The position numbers and the translations under genes were made by a program. Below, piece by piece: positions 1 through 12,787 of a DNA stretch of 64,000 nt; within the stretch, counting starts at the first letter, position 1; every line of letters begins with the position of its first letter. The stretch lies in assembly GCA_964270895.1 (NCBI GenBank), contig OZ185443.1; one strand, written 5' to 3'. The notes beneath the pieces were generated by a model. The model worked only from the letters and a program-made list of their open reading frames with translations, was not told where the DNA came from and did no database searches. Source of the stretch: Podarcis filfolensis. Lineage: Eukaryota.

Positions 1-60
1 TTATCTGGGAGGGGGAGGAAATTTCAGTGACAATTCTCATAGGTAGGGAGTAGGGTTAAG

Positions 61-530
61 TAGAGACATCACCTTGCCAACAAAGGTCCGCATAGTAAAA
101 GCTATGGTTTCCCCAGTAGTGATGTATGGAAGTGAGAGCTGGACCAAAGAATTGATGCTTTTGAATTATGGTGCTGGGGGAGACTCTTGAGAGTCCCATG
201 GACTGCAAGAAGATCAAACCTATCCATTCTTAAGGAAATCAGCCCTGAGTGCTCACTGGAAGGACAGATTGTGAAGCTGAGGCTCCAATACTTTGGCCAC
301 CTCATGAGAAGAGAAGACTCCCTGGAAAAGACCCTGATGTTGGGAAAGATGGAGGCCACAAGGAGAAGGGGACGACAGAGGACGAGATGGTTGGACAGTG
401 TTCTCGACGCTACCAACATGAGCCTGGCCAAACTGCGGGAGGCAGTGGAAGACAGGAGTGCCTGGCGTGCTCTGTTCCATGGGGTCACGAAGAGTCGGAC
501 ACGACTAAACGACTAAACAACAACAACAAC
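61..530 (+). mobile_element. RTE-BovB LINE, 5'-truncated 3' fragment (end of ORF2, 3' UTR, (CAA)n tail)
   Basis: Translation RVPWTARRSNLSILKEISPECSLEGQIVKLRLQYFGHLMRREDSLEKTLMLGK is the BovB ORF2 C-terminus; ends gactaaacaacaacaac; 9-bp TSD agggttaag at 52-60 and 531-539; small deletion near 146 and frame disruption. Confidence 0.95.
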
Positions 531-539
531 AGGGTTAAG

Positions 540-665
540 ATAATGAGAATAGCCTGCTGGATCAGGCCAGTGGCCCATCTAATGCAACATCCTGTTGTCA
601 CAGGGGCCAACCAGATGTCTATGGAAAGCTCACAAGCAGGATCTGACGGCAGGAGCACTCTCCCT
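540..665 (-). mobile_element. CR1-type LINE/SINE 3' tail fragment, degenerate
   Basis: agaatagcctgctggatcaggccagtggcccatctaatgcaacatcctgt resembles the reverse complement of a common squamate CR1-type 3' end (recalled, not searched). Confidence 0.55.
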
Positions 666-671
666 TGTATC

Positions 672-1125
672 TATGGGAGACAGAATCCTCCCCCATGAAC
701 AGAGGCCTTGACAGGTGACATTTTCCCCTACTCAGTCTTTCTTGGGGATCCATTGTCTTCCACTATCTACCCTCCTTGATGCAAGCCCATGGAGATTGAG
801 CTCTCTCCCAGGGAGAAAATGTTGAAGCCTCCAAAATCCGTTGGCAGGGAGAAGAAGCCCACCCCCAGTAATGACCCTTAGGGTAACAGGATCATTGCTG
901 GGGAGTGACATTTAACACACCCCAGTTTTTTTCTGGGGAATTTTCACTACCCCTTTAATCTCTGCAAGTCAGTGGATAGATCCCTCTTACAGGGATCCAC
1001 CCCCCCCCAAAAAAAACAACAACCCAGGAGTAGGGGAGAAGCCCAACTCTGGGGGTGACATTTTTACCACCACAGTATTTCTCTGGTATCTTTGCTTCCC
1101 CCCAATCTGCCCTCCTATGATTACT
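672..1125. repeat. Degenerate tandem repeat, about 3 units of 150-190 bp
   Basis: Recurring blocks gggaga(ag)aagccca, gtgacattt (near 715, 906, 1055), atct-ccctcct-gat and tgcaag...caggga in the same order. Confidence 0.5.
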
Positions 1126-1408
1126 ATTGTAAAACGATCAAGTCAGCCCTTGTGGGAGAACCATTGAAACTACCATTCTAAATTTTGGAAGGATTCATCC
1201 CATCAGAAGTGGTGGCCATTCCTGAAAAATACATCCAATTATAGCAGAAAATGAAAAAGAACAGAACTTTAAAGATGCCTTGCATGAATATGCCTAGATA
1301 CATTTGCCTATGATTTGACAGGTTTAATCAACCCTGGAAGGACTTCTGTGCCTGTAAATATTGTCCACTTTGGCCAAAAGAGGGAAAAGTTAAATGTTCG
1401 TTATAGTG

Positions 1409-1531
1409 TAAGGTTACCAGATGTCCCCGTTTCCTGGGGACAGTCCCTGGATTTACAAATCAGTCCCCATACAAAATCCATTGAAGTTGAAAAGTGTCCC
1501 CGGATTCATTGAAAAAAATCTGGTAACCTTA
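1409..1531. mobile_element. hAT (Blackjack-like) MITE, 123 bp
   Basis: Perfect 14-bp TIRs taaggttaccagat / atctggtaacctta; 8-bp TSD ttatagtg (1401-1408) vs ttaaagtg (1532-1539), 1 mismatch. Confidence 0.85.
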
Positions 1532-2285
1532 TTAAAGTGAATGGGAAACACCGAACTTCATTTTATTCAGAGCAGGTTGGAATCCAGACTACAGAGTGAA
1601 GTAGAGAGAGTACAGAGTAACTCAGAAACAGACTGGATTTTTTAAAAACCAAAGTGAATCTTGGGCCATGTGCATACCACTAGGACCAAAGTTCCCTTCC
1701 TCTGGTGACAGGACTTAGTCTGTAAATGTTCAGTGTCCTTCTGATGGTGGAAGGTCCTTCAATCAGTGGCAGGGACTCTTTGGTTCCAGTCCATCACAAT
1801 GAGGGCTATCCCAAGACATTATGCTGTCTGAATTGGAGGACAAGGTCGGCCCCTTCCACTATGCCAGAAGCCAATGAACTAGCAGCTGAATTGTACTTTC
1901 ACACTGGTGATGAGACAGCATCAACCACAACATCCACCACTGATGGACAAACAGCTCTGCACCTCAACAGAGATGAATGGCCATGGCCCTCCACATCTCC
2001 AAGGATCTGCTTCCCATGAACCCATTCACAAATCTTCTAAAACTGTGTACTTGCTATAGTGCAAGATAAACTACCTTCTTTTAATAGAAAAGGGGCTATT
2101 AATTAATGGGTCACTGCTGCATGAGACACCCATAGTAATAACTGCCTGGCAGCTGATTCCTAAATGAGTCAAGTCTTAATAATAAGAGCCTTATGTTTGT
2201 GGTGACATAATCAATAAAACAACAATGGTGACCCACTTTATGATATATTAATTTTATGATTTATTTATTGACCACTGGCAATTCA

Positions 2286-2287
<2 letters not shown>

Positions 2288-2319
<32 letters not shown>
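2288..2319. repeat. (GT)n microsatellite
   Basis: Direct reading. Confidence 0.98.
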
Positions 2320-2320
<1 letters not shown>

Positions 2321-2476
2321 TTTTTCGTTTTTCTTTTAATTTTAAAGAACCCTTCAGCTTGAGTTCAGCTGCACCAGGCAAGCTGAGGAAACTGTGATCC
2401 TGAGTCACTAAAGCGTTAATGGAGCTCATTATCTCTGAGAATATTCACCATTCTCTGCTTTGAAGCAGACAACTCT

Positions 2477-2657
2477 NNNNNNNNNNNNNNNNNNNNNNNN
2501 NNNNNNNNNNNNNNNNNNNNNNNNNNNNNNNNNNNNNNNNNNNNNNNNNNNNNNNNNNNNNNNNNNNNNNNNNNNNNNNNNNNNNNNNNNNNNNNNNNNN
2601 NNNNNNNNNNNNNNNNNNNNNNNNNNNNNNNNNNNNNNNNNNNNNNNNNNNNNNNNN
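2477..2657. other. N run (181 nt), assembly gap or masked sequence
   Basis: Direct reading. Confidence 0.95.
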
Positions 2658-2782
2658 AGGGTCAGCTGGATGACTTTCCACTGCATGAGCTGAGATGAGG
2701 CTTGACATGAATCAATCAATCAGGCTCAGTTTTACAGTTATAGTGCCTAATGCCTAAACATGAGCATATGGGTGGAAATTAG

Positions 2783-3210
2783 NNNNNNNNNNNNNNNNNN
2801 NNNNNNNNNNNNNNNNNNNNNNNNNNNNNNNNNNNNNNNNNNNNNNNNNNNNNNNNNNNNNNNNNNNNNNNNNNNNNNNNNNNNNNNNNNNNNNNNNNNN
2901 NNNNNNNNNNNNNNNNNNNNNNNNNNNNNNNNNNNNNNCTATNNNNNNNNNNNNNNNNNNNNNNNNNNNNNNNNNNNNNNNNNNNNNNNNNNNNNNNNNN
3001 NNNNNNNNNNNNNNNNNNNNNNNNNNNNNNNNNNNNNNNNNNNNNNNNNNNNNNNNNNNNNNNNNNNNNNNNNNNNNNNNNNNNNNNNNNNNNNNNNNNN
3101 NNNNNNNNNNNNNNNNNNNNNNNNNNNNNNNNNNNNNNNNNNNNNNNNNNNNNNNNNNNNNNNNNNNNNNNNNNNNNNNNNNNNNNNNNNNNNNNNNNNN
3201 NNNNNNNNNN
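2783..3210. other. Two N runs (156 and 269 nt) separated by a 3-nt island cta at 2939-2941
   Basis: Direct reading. Confidence 0.95.
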
Positions 3211-4325
3211 TTAGCAATAGTGCTCCTCGTGCAAGTGGAAAAGGAGTTTTTGATGGCACTACATTTTTAGCAATGACAATTCATTCTTTCTGGAGCCAGT
3301 TAATAATGATGCCAGCACTAAGTTCTATTTTCCTTAGCCATTTGCTGCATCCTCTAATGAGAAATCATATGCAATCACATGTGATTAAATATGGATTTCA
3401 AAACCTAACTGATTACCTACTTAGCATTAAGTAATCTTCTCGGAATTTTTAAAATGTAAACACTGATAGAAATGAATGGGCTACAGAAGCAGGTGTCATT
3501 TATGAAATAATATTGCTTGCTTAGCACTTCTGTCTAATACAATATTACTCCCATTCGTACTATAGGACAAATTTGGGGTGGAAGGGGAGAGAGAAGAAAC
3601 TAAAACAGGCAAAGCTACACTAGATAGATGGGTTATTCCCTGCAAAGACCCCCCACCTTCACCGCACCCTACCCAGAATGAAGGACTAATTTTTTAAAAT
3701 AGATTTTCATTCCAAACGCTGAAAATCCACCTCTGGAAGTCTGTTCTTTCCCCCTCAAACTCCACTTTCGCCAGAAAGAAATACATGTATTTCAACAGTG
3801 CTGCTTTTGTTTTGTTGCGTTCAATAGATTCATCAGAGAGGAGTCCTGATAGTAGCCCATAGGATTGTTCCTATACTAATATTTGCTTCACAAGGAGATA
3901 TATGCTTAAAGTAGAATGGGAGACACTTCCTGCTCAGCTGGTGTGTGATTAAACTAATATCACATGAATGGTGGTCGGAGGTGTAATATCCATCTCATGT
4001 GTAGATCTGCTGATGCAAAAGCTTAGGATGTCGGCATGAATGTGGTCAAATTGGGGTCCTTTATCTTAACAGGGATGTGGATTGGCTCATTTTCTGAAAA
4101 TATAAGCTGCATACAAATGTTGTATAGATCCCCCCCCAATCCTTGCTTATTACGTGTAATGTTTTATTTCATAAATATTCCCAGTAATATCAGTGAAAAA
4201 AGAGGCTGCACAATAAGCGTAAGGATATGACCGGGGCTGGATTTAGGGTGGTGCAGGCAGTTCCCCCACAAAGGGTGTCGAGCTGAGGGGGTGCTTGAGT
4301 TGCTGCAACTATGATGTAGTGCAAA

Positions 4326-4374
<49 letters not shown>

Positions 4375-4445
4375 AATAATATATAGCCCTCCCATCTGGC
4401 TGGGTTTCCCCAGCCACTCTGGGCGGCTCCCAACAGAATATTATT
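4326..4445 (-). mobile_element. L2 LINE 3' tail with (ATT)n
   Basis: cccatctggctgggtttccccagccactctgggcggctcccaac after an (ATT)n run; same tail recurs at least 6 times in the window, attached to longer L2 fragments at 33639-34075 and 34250-34537. Confidence 0.8.
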
Positions 4446-5807
4446 ATTAATAATAAGAGCACTTGAGAACATGTGCAGAACAGAAGGCAAGATGGGTGCC
4501 AAATTTTGTCCTTGCTCAGGGTGCCGTATTACCAAAGTCTGCCCCGATATGACCCACATTTATTGTTATGTAAGGCAAGTTGAATTAGCAAATAATTGGG
4601 GTGAAATTTACTATACAGAAGGTGACTGTGGCAATATTTTTTTTCCTTTAAAAAAATAGTGCCTATTAAACAATCTAAGAGGGACTTGTTCCTATTGTTA
4701 AGGGTGCTTTTTAAAGGCAAGAAAGGAAGGGTGGGGGGAGAGACAGGAGCAAAACTACTGTCCTTCTCCTAGATTGTCTTCACCAGGAGTGAAATAGGCA
4801 AACCGCAAAAGTTGATATAGGAAGACCACTAGTGTGTTGTCTAATTTCAACCACTGAAACGGCTGTGCACTCTGTGACTTTATGAGGGAATAGGATTACA
4901 GGTCACAAGAGCGTCTTTATTTCCCACCTGTAGCTTCTGACAACATTTTATTAAGGATTTTCCCATCTTCAGTCTCTGACCTACAGGGACAACATTCTAA
5001 CAGCTGTTGCGGGACCCTTCCCCAAATGGCATAACGACAGATTAGCAGGTTCGGAAAAGCAGTATCATTTCATAAGGACTATCATTTATGACAGCCCACT
5101 AATATTTTTACAAGGCCTGTAAGATAAACACAGTGCATCATTTGCTAAACAGAACCAAGAAGCCTCAATGCACTTAAACATTTAATATATATTAGCTGTT
5201 ACCTTTTTAAAACAACAGCAACAACTTGATGCACTCTTGGTCCTCTAATGCTTTCTTGTTCTACAAAATAAATCCCTCCATCCTCAGCATTCATAGTATA
5301 CTGTAGTAGTATTGCTGGTACTGTTGATAGTAGTAGTAGTTGTATTTAAATACATGAATTGCCATCATCATATATTAAAGTCAGGTGGATGCAGAAATTA
5401 TAAAAATGCAAGTAACTTTTTAAGCATAAAAATTGCAATTGCAATTAAATTAAAGTTTAAAAGTCTGTTGTAAAAAGACACCCATGAATAGGGAAAGTGT
5501 TTAGGAGATAGGTAATAATACTATGGGGGTATTGTTTTGTTTGTTATTATTGTATTTTTGTCTTACTATATTGCAAACCACACTGTGATCTTCAGATGAA
5601 GGGCAGTATAGAAATTTAACACATGGTGATAAAATAATGAAGAAAATTAGGTCTAACGCCCTCAACACAGAACAGTGAATTGAATGAATTGAATGCAATG
5701 GCTCCCTATTATTCACAGAAGGGCATCTGATCTAGTGGCCCCTCCACTTGATGGAAGGGGAGAGGAGGGGGTGATGTTCCCTGATTCCCTCTTCAACCTA
5801 CAGTCAC

Positions 5808-5902
5808 CTGCACACCCCTAACATCTGCTTCAGAGAGTTGGGGACCCTCCAGAACAGCATGGAAGGGAACACAGGGAGTTGCAGGCAGGGGCAGAACAGA
5901 AT
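5808..5902 (-). other. Candidate 95-nt exon (unverified)
   Basis: Minus strand: poly-T tract + gcag acceptor, donor CAG|gtgact; open frame DSVLPLPATPCVPFHAVLEGPQLSEADVRGVQ; no homology recognised. Confidence 0.2.
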
Positions 5903-6153
5903 CTGCAAAAAAAAAAAAAAAAAATCCCTCTCCTTTCCCCATGTTGTAGACCTTTTTGGTGACTGTGGAAAAGTACGAACATTTCCCAGAGCCTTTTGAA
6001 CTGGTGTTGCCAACTGCATTGTATCCTCTTTTTTATCATTCTGCATCATAATGAGAAAAGAAATTGCATTAGGAAATTATCAAAGGAAACAAAGGCTGGA
6101 TCTACATCAATCTTTTAAATATTATTCAATATAGCGTTCTGTAACATTTAACA

Positions 6154-6525
6154 TGGGGACACGGGTGGCGCTGTGGTTTAAACCACTGCACTGCTTGGAC
6201 TTGCCAATTGGAAGGTCGGCGGTTTGAGGCCCTGCGATGGGGTGAGCTCCCATTGTTTGGTCCCTGTTCCTGCCAACCTAGCAGTTCGAAAGCACGTCAA
6301 AGTGCAAGTAGATAAATAGGTACCGCTCTGGTGGGAAGGTAAACGGCGTTTCTGTGCACAGCTCTGGTTTGCCAGAAGAGGCTTAGTCATGCTGGCCACA
6401 TGACCTGGAAAAACTGTCTGCGGAAGTGGACAAACGCTGGCTCCTTTGGCCTGTAAAGCGAGCTGAGTGCCACAACCCCAGAGTCGTTCGCGACTGGACT
6501 TAACTGTCAGGGGTACCTTTATCTT
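6154..6525 (+). mobile_element. Sauria SINE (Squam1-type), full length
   Basis: tRNA-derived head ggggacacgggtggcgctgtgg, body gcagttcgaaagcacgtcaaagtgcaagtagataaataggtacc, accttt-type tail; 12-bp TSD taacatttaaca at 6142-6153 and 6526-6537. Confidence 0.95.
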
Positions 6526-7101
6526 TAACATTTAACACAGTTTCCCTTTGCTGGTGGATCGTTGCAGTGCCCTCTGCTGTCACATTTTAATAACACATTT
6601 TAACAATATAAACCACAAGTGTAGATCCACCCAGAGACTCTTGTTGAAACTCTCATGGGTGCGGTGCAGAGTTTCTAAACATCTGAGCTGTCCGAGGAGT
6701 GTTTGTGAGTGTCCTTTATATCATTCTACAAATCAGGGCTTCAGTAGTCTAGTTTACTGGAATGCCCTCCTGTCGCAGAAAGTCAATGAGAAGTAGATGT
6801 TCTGCAAGGCCTTGCCACTTGCTGCCCCAGGGATAGGGAAGATAAGCAGCCATTCCGAGCACCAGAAGTGCTGGGGCGAGCAGGATGTGACCTTTTGTCC
6901 TTCCACGATTTGAGGCCGCTGCTTCACCGTACCTAATGGTTGGGTTGGCTCTGTACACGCTGAAGTCTTCCTAAGTGCCCAGGGAAATAATGGTTGAGGT
7001 AAACAATAGGATGAATAAAGACTGGTGATTTTGAAAAGTCTTTACATGGGCTTTGACGGCTAATGTTTCAAGTGCTCTGGCTGGAGGGCTTGTAAGGTTT
7101 T

Positions 7102-7211
7102 TGTTGTTGTTGTTCAGTCGTTTAGTCGTGTCTGACTCTTCGTGACCCCATGGACCAGAGCACGCCAGGCACTCCTGTCTTCCACTGCCTCCCGCAGTTT
7201 GGTCAGACTCA
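7102..7211 (-). mobile_element. RTE-BovB extreme 3' end, 110 bp
   Basis: Reverse complement of the 3' end of the 61-530 copy; 11-bp TSD tgtaaggtttt at 7091-7101 and 7212-7222. Confidence 0.92.
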
Positions 7212-8117
7212 TGTAAGGTTTTAGCTGGTTTTAAACTGGTTCTGTTATGCTCACCTGATAATTTTCCTTGTTACCTTCATGGATTTCACACACACATGAT
7301 CTATATTTTGTGATGTTCTTGTAATTAGATTGCTGTTGTCTTGTTCTTTGTTTTGTTTTTGTTTTTTAATTATAAAAACTATATAAGTCTTTCCTTACCA
7401 CAATGTGCCCTGGAAGTGAAAACTGTGGAGGACTCATAGAAACTTGGGGGCATAGCACGTGGGAAGGGGCAAATATTAGACATCCCCTTCATCTGGGACT
7501 CATCATACTTTTTTCAGAAATAAAAATCTCAGGAGCCCCAACACAAAACCCATATGTCATGTCTAATTTCACCCTTAAATATCTCCCCCCCCCCCGCCCT
7601 GCTAATGAATAAGACAGAATCTCCCAAGGTAAATCTGATTTTCAGTTCTTTGCTTTCTATATTTTTTCAATTGAAGAGACAAAGAAAAAAAAGAGAGAGA
7701 GATCATAGTCCTGAAGCCTAGGTGGGCCTAAGCTTAATAATACCATGCATTGCCAATGTCACCGTCATGTCATCATTGTTACGTGCATATTATGTGACAG
7801 ATCTGTAATGGAAGATTATGGATAACTCCAAAAAAATAGTAGTTAATACAACAGTTTTATGCACTTACTGTGGATAAAGGCAAGGACTGTATCACTTTAT
7901 TATTTGTGGGGTGGTGGTGAGGATATGTTCTTAAAGTCTGAAATTCAGATGATCTGCTTTCTGTTGCCGTAGCTGTGGTTTTCATTATAATAAGAGGTTC
8001 TTGAAATTATGTCATCATAATTGTAGCACAGCCGACACTGTTATGTCAACAGCTTTAATATTGTTCCATTCAGTTTAAACCAGTCACAGTATTATTTTCA
8101 ATGCAGGTAAAGTACAG

Positions 8118-8119
<2 letters not shown>

Positions 8120-8151
<32 letters not shown>
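8120..8151. repeat. (CA)n microsatellite
   Basis: Direct reading. Confidence 0.98.
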
Positions 8152-8153
<2 letters not shown>

Positions 8154-8211
8154 AACCTGAAACCATTTATTGTTGGGTTTAATGTGTTTAAGGACACTTC
8201 TTAATAGGAAG

Positions 8212-8390
8212 GGACACTAGAAGCTGCCTTATACCAAATTAGATCATTTATACCAAGTTAGGTCCATTTAGTTCAATATTGTCTGTAGCCACTGGCAAGT
8301 TCAGGCAGGGTTGTATTCCAGCCCTATCTGAAGACTAAATCCATGGACTTTCAGATAAAAAGAATGTGTTCCGCTATTAAACTACATCTG
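8212..8390 (-). mobile_element. Degenerate tRNA-derived SINE (same family as 56798-56988)
   Basis: gaagctgccttatacc...ggtccatttagttcaatattgtct parallels the 56798 copy. Confidence 0.5.
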
Positions 8391-8709
8391 CTTGATCTCA
8401 GTACCTCAAAATACTGGTACTTTTAAAAAGTATTATTTTAATCAACTATTGAATTGTCACTTTTTCCCCCACTACACATTTGAGCTTTCCTAATGTTAAA
8501 CATTTCATGCAATGTCCAATATCTAAGCCATGTTGTCCACTGTCTAAAATTCATTCATGTTATTTTATCTATTTCATAAAATTTATATATTGCTTTATTG
8601 TAAAGGGGGGTGCTCATGGGAGTTTTAGAAATTCAGAGATTTATATATTTTATTTATTGCATGTTTTTCTAGAGATGACTCAGCCGTCTCTGAGCTCCAG
8701 CTTTATATG

Positions 8710-8940
8710 TTCATAATCTGGAGAACCGGGTTGTGTCACCGCTCCTCCATGTGCAGCTGCTGGGTGACCTTGGGCTAGTCACACTTCTCTGAAGTCTCTC
8801 AGCCCCACTCACCTCACAGAGTGTTTGTTGTGGGGGAGGAAAGGAAAGGAGGTTGTTAGCCGCTTTGAGACTCCTTAGGGTAGTGATAAAGCGGGATATC
8901 AAAGCCAAACTACTACTATTCTTCTTCTTCTTCTTCTCCT
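8710..8940 (+). mobile_element. Squam3-type (MIR/Ther1-derived) SINE, 5'-truncated, (CTT)n tail
   Basis: CORE-like gctgggtgaccttgggctagtcac, then gccgctttgagactcc...gataaagcgggatatc and (CTA)(CTT)n tail. Confidence 0.8.
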
Positions 8941-8978
8941 TTCATTCTGCAAGAATCTATGTGATGGAACCAGACTGA

Positions 8979-9235
8979 GGTCACATTCACATTTAAAGCT
9001 CTGTTATACCACTTTAAACAGGCATGGCTTTCCTCTAAGAATTATGGGAGATGTAGTTTGTTAAGGGTGTTGAGAGTTGTTGGAAGAACACAATTCCCCT
9101 CAGAGCCTACATTTGCTAGAATAGGGCTTGATGAACCACTCTTGGAATTGTAACTTAATGAGGGGAATAGAGGGTCTCTCGGGATGCTTAACAAGCTACA
9201 GCTCCCAGAATTCTCTGGGGAAACCACAACTGTAG
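8979..9235. mobile_element. Harbinger-like palindromic MITE, degenerate
   Basis: Starts ggtcacattcac...tttaaagc; same internal palindrome as copies at 23183 and 61844. Confidence 0.65.
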
Positions 9236-10264
9236 GACTTCAATTAATCATAAGTCAGATTGTTTTCATGAGCCTACTGTAAGCATCCTACACCCAATGC
9301 AATTTGAAAAATGCTGAACTGCGTTATATGTTGGTTCTCAGTAGCAGGATTTCTTTGTTAGTAATAAGTGGAGCAGAAAAGTACTGATTTCATAATGCAC
9401 CTAAAATATAATGTACACAAACATTTTAAAACAACCAATGCTTGAATGAAATATAATATTGAACATGATGAAGAACATGACAACACTGTGTTAGATTGAA
9501 ATCAGAAATCTCAGAAATCTGTCCTTTTCTATGCAGACACGATATTGTGAAAAATATATGTATAACATCATCCCCAAAGGCCTACCATATACTCTCCAAC
9601 ATCACTCAGATGAAAATAGGGACATTGCTCCCCCCCATAACTGACCCTCCTCGACCCCTCCCCCATTTTTTGTCCCCTCACTGCGGAGCATTTCCTGTCA
9701 GAAGAAGGGGGAGTGCTACCACCACTACAGCAAAAGGTCACAACAAACACATTCTTCACCATCCTGAGAAAACCCCTTAATCCCAATTTTATTTTATTTT
9801 CCTCCTTGGTAGATTTACAAAAAGAAAAAAAACCCCACACCTAAATAAATTACAGAAAGGGGTAAGATCAGACACAGAAACACAAAGCATTTTTAAAATA
9901 AAAAATGTAGAGGAGAAATATACCAGCAGAAGTGTCCATAATGATATGTGGTTATTTGTGTGAGAAAATCACCGCTAGCAATCAACACGCATTTCCAAGA
10001 ATGTCCAAGATGAGACATCATCTATTTCACATGGGAGAATACATAAAATCACCTCCTGTGGAAGAGTTTGAGATGTCTGAAGTTATCCTCTATTTCTTCA
10101 TGTGCCACTGTGTCACCAAGCCTAATTGTACCCACAAACTTACCTCATCTTCCATAATGTCTTCAGTTTCTCTCACTTAATATGCCCAACAAATCACCTA
10201 GAATGATTGAGCAAGTGCCAGACAAGCTCTTGCTGAGGGTCATGTCTGTGGTGTCCACTTACAG

Positions 10265-10321
10265 CATGAAGAGTTCATCCTATTCTATGAGATGGCTTTG
10301 TTAGGAGAGCTTGCAGCTTGG
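10265..10321 (+). other. Candidate 57-nt exon (unverified)
   Basis: ccacttacag acceptor, TGG|gtgagt donor; phase-0 reading HEEFILFYEMALLGELAAW; no homology recognised. Confidence 0.15.
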
Positions 10322-12739
10322 GTGAGTTACTCTGAAAAGATCACTTACAATTTCTGGAGTTCAAAGGCTTTATTCATGCAGGAGCAAATTTATCTTGGCA
10401 GGAAGTATTATAGGATGAGGAGACATAAGAGAGAGAGAGAAAATAGCAGATACCATATCTCAACAGGTTGTGAGAGAACAACAAAATGGCTCAGCTTTTA
10501 GGACTTAACTTAGACAAAGAAGCTACAGAAGCAGTGCTCTCATGTGGTTTAAAGTAACACATGCATTAGCTAGAAGTTCAGTGAGAAGTAAATGTATTTG
10601 CTTTTCTCCAACAGTTTTGCCCAGTCCTGTATCAGACCAAGTCGCCAATCTATGGCATGATGACTGAATAATCTTTGCCCTGAAGTGTTGTCCTGAAGTA
10701 GCACCATTAAGCAATCTGGCAGTGGTAATATATGTCAAAAAACACAACAATGTTCTCTTTGTGTGCATTGGGAACTCTGCGAATTGTGGCTCATGTGTGT
10801 GCAAGTATTTGGAAGGGCTCAGCCACCCACATTTCAGATTATCATGAGTACTCTGCTACCATTTAGGCACCAAAGTGAGTGGCAAGATCAATTCCGCATG
10901 TTGTGCTCATTTAAGCAAAAAATATGGACATAAATAATGATGGGGCTTATGAGAACATTTGAAAATCTGGCTCTCTGCATGCATTTTGAAAAGAAAAAGA
11001 AAGCACAAAGTTATGTGGCCAGATTTGGCTAACAGAAATAGCATGCTGAACTGAAGCAGCATTACAAATGACTTTAACATGAAGAGATAAGAAGTTATTT
11101 GCTCTTAAATAATTAACCACACCTCCCTCTCTCACTTCACATCTCTGTTCAGCTGTCAGGCAACCTGGAGGCCATGTTGCTGAAAGAACTTGCTTCACTA
11201 ACAGCATCTGGATGCTTGGCAGATGCTACAGCCAGGGCTGAGGGTTTCTTTGGATTCAATTCCACACATCTGTCAGCGGTCAGACAATTTCTGATAGACT
11301 GTCTAGTCTGGTTTGTCCTCTTCAGTGCAATTTCCCTGTCAATCACCTACTATTTACGCTCTTCATTTCACTTATAAAAGTTGCATGGCATCAAATGTCT
11401 TCACAATGAGTGGTTGTTGTAGCAAAACAAAACCTGTGTTTTTCTTCATGTGCTTTATCCATTCTTGCCTGATTCTCCACTATCACCTGAAATATCGTTA
11501 TAAGAGCTTGAGTTGTGTGCCCATTTTCAAATCCCTGCTCATTTATGAAACTCTTTGGTGGCTTTGAATGACACCATGGAGATTACCAGAAATGGAAGGA
11601 GCTGGAACTCCAGAGGAAAGCTTTACTTAGTCCATTCAGGCCAGGACTGCCCATTGCTTAAGACGGTGATGGTTCTCCCAGACATGAACTGTGAATAATA
11701 GGAGTATCAGACTCAAGTAACCATCATTTGCACCTGTATGACTGTAGCCAATAAAGCATTATTTTTAGAAATCTGAGTTTTGTGGCCTGTATAAGAACAT
11801 GAGAATATGGATTCCTGTGATGTAGAGCTCTCCCCAGCCAGCCACATTCTGATAACAGGGGCGGGTGTGTATGTAATAAACAAATTTGTATTAAAGGTCC
11901 TGACCTGTCTTCCTTTCCTGTTTTCTTGGTCAAATTAGATACATGGAAAAACTTCTGAAGGAATTGCATTTTTCCAGTTCCAGTTCCTGATCTTCAGCAG
12001 GAAAGGTGTTCAGAATGCAAATTTTATTTGCTTACATTTGTGCTGATATTCCCATGAGAAAAATTAATCAGGATGTTATCACTCACAGTCAGATTGCCTT
12101 CTGGGTTTTGTACTTTAAGGTCACATAAACAGTAAGATGCTTGTGAATTTGTTTTAATTATAGACCCCTTCATCATGGGCTTTGCAGCACTTTCACTGCA
12201 TAAATTGATACAAACTATGTTTTGCTTTAAGTCATACTGCATCAGATTTCATAGTCTTGTATGTGAATAAACACACTGTCATTTTCTCAGATGAAATGAG
12301 AAATTGGCAAAAAAACCCACCCCCAAAAACAGCTACCCCTTTCCACCAGTGGTAGAGTCTCATGGGCAGAATTCCACCCATAGGGTTCAATTCTTAGAAT
12401 ACATACATTTTAGGGTTGAACTACACCCTGTTGTTTCTGTTTTTTGTTTTGCTGAAAGCTCTCTCCCACTCAATATGGATGGTTTTTATTCACGCATCTT
12501 CAACAGCACATTGAATGTGCTTCTCAGATCTAGGTGCCCTGGGTGAAGCCGTAAATTGATTCCACATTGACAGCCAATATAAAAGCAATGGGGCTTTTTC
12601 TTGTGCCACAGTTATGCGAGATTATTCTTTTCCTGAACCACATCCAGAATTCAATAGAATGTGTTAGGTATTATTTCTGAGCATATTTTGAAAGAAGCAA
12701 GTAGTGGCTTCTCTAACACTCTTCACTAATCTGTTTTAG

Positions 12740-12787
12740 AAAGGCAAAATGACATGGAATGCATTTATGATCGATTATGCTTTCAGA
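12740..12787 (+). other. Candidate 48-nt exon (unverified)
   Basis: ctaat-ctgttttag acceptor, AGA|gtaagg donor; open as KGKMTWNAFMIDYAFR or xRQNDMECIYDRLCFQ. Confidence 0.2.

Noticed and set aside
102-698. ORFs of 75-149 aa here and at 43047-43479 as host genes
   Set aside because: They are the BovB ORF2 tail and its alternative or antisense frames.
2939-2941. cta island as an unmasked TAG stop of a masked minus-strand exon
   Set aside because: 3211-3212 is tt, not the ct required for an acceptor, and the other N runs also lack splice dinucleotides; plain gaps are more parsimonious.
2429-3434. ORFs spanning N runs (also 27539-27827)
   Set aside because: Artefacts of translating Ns.
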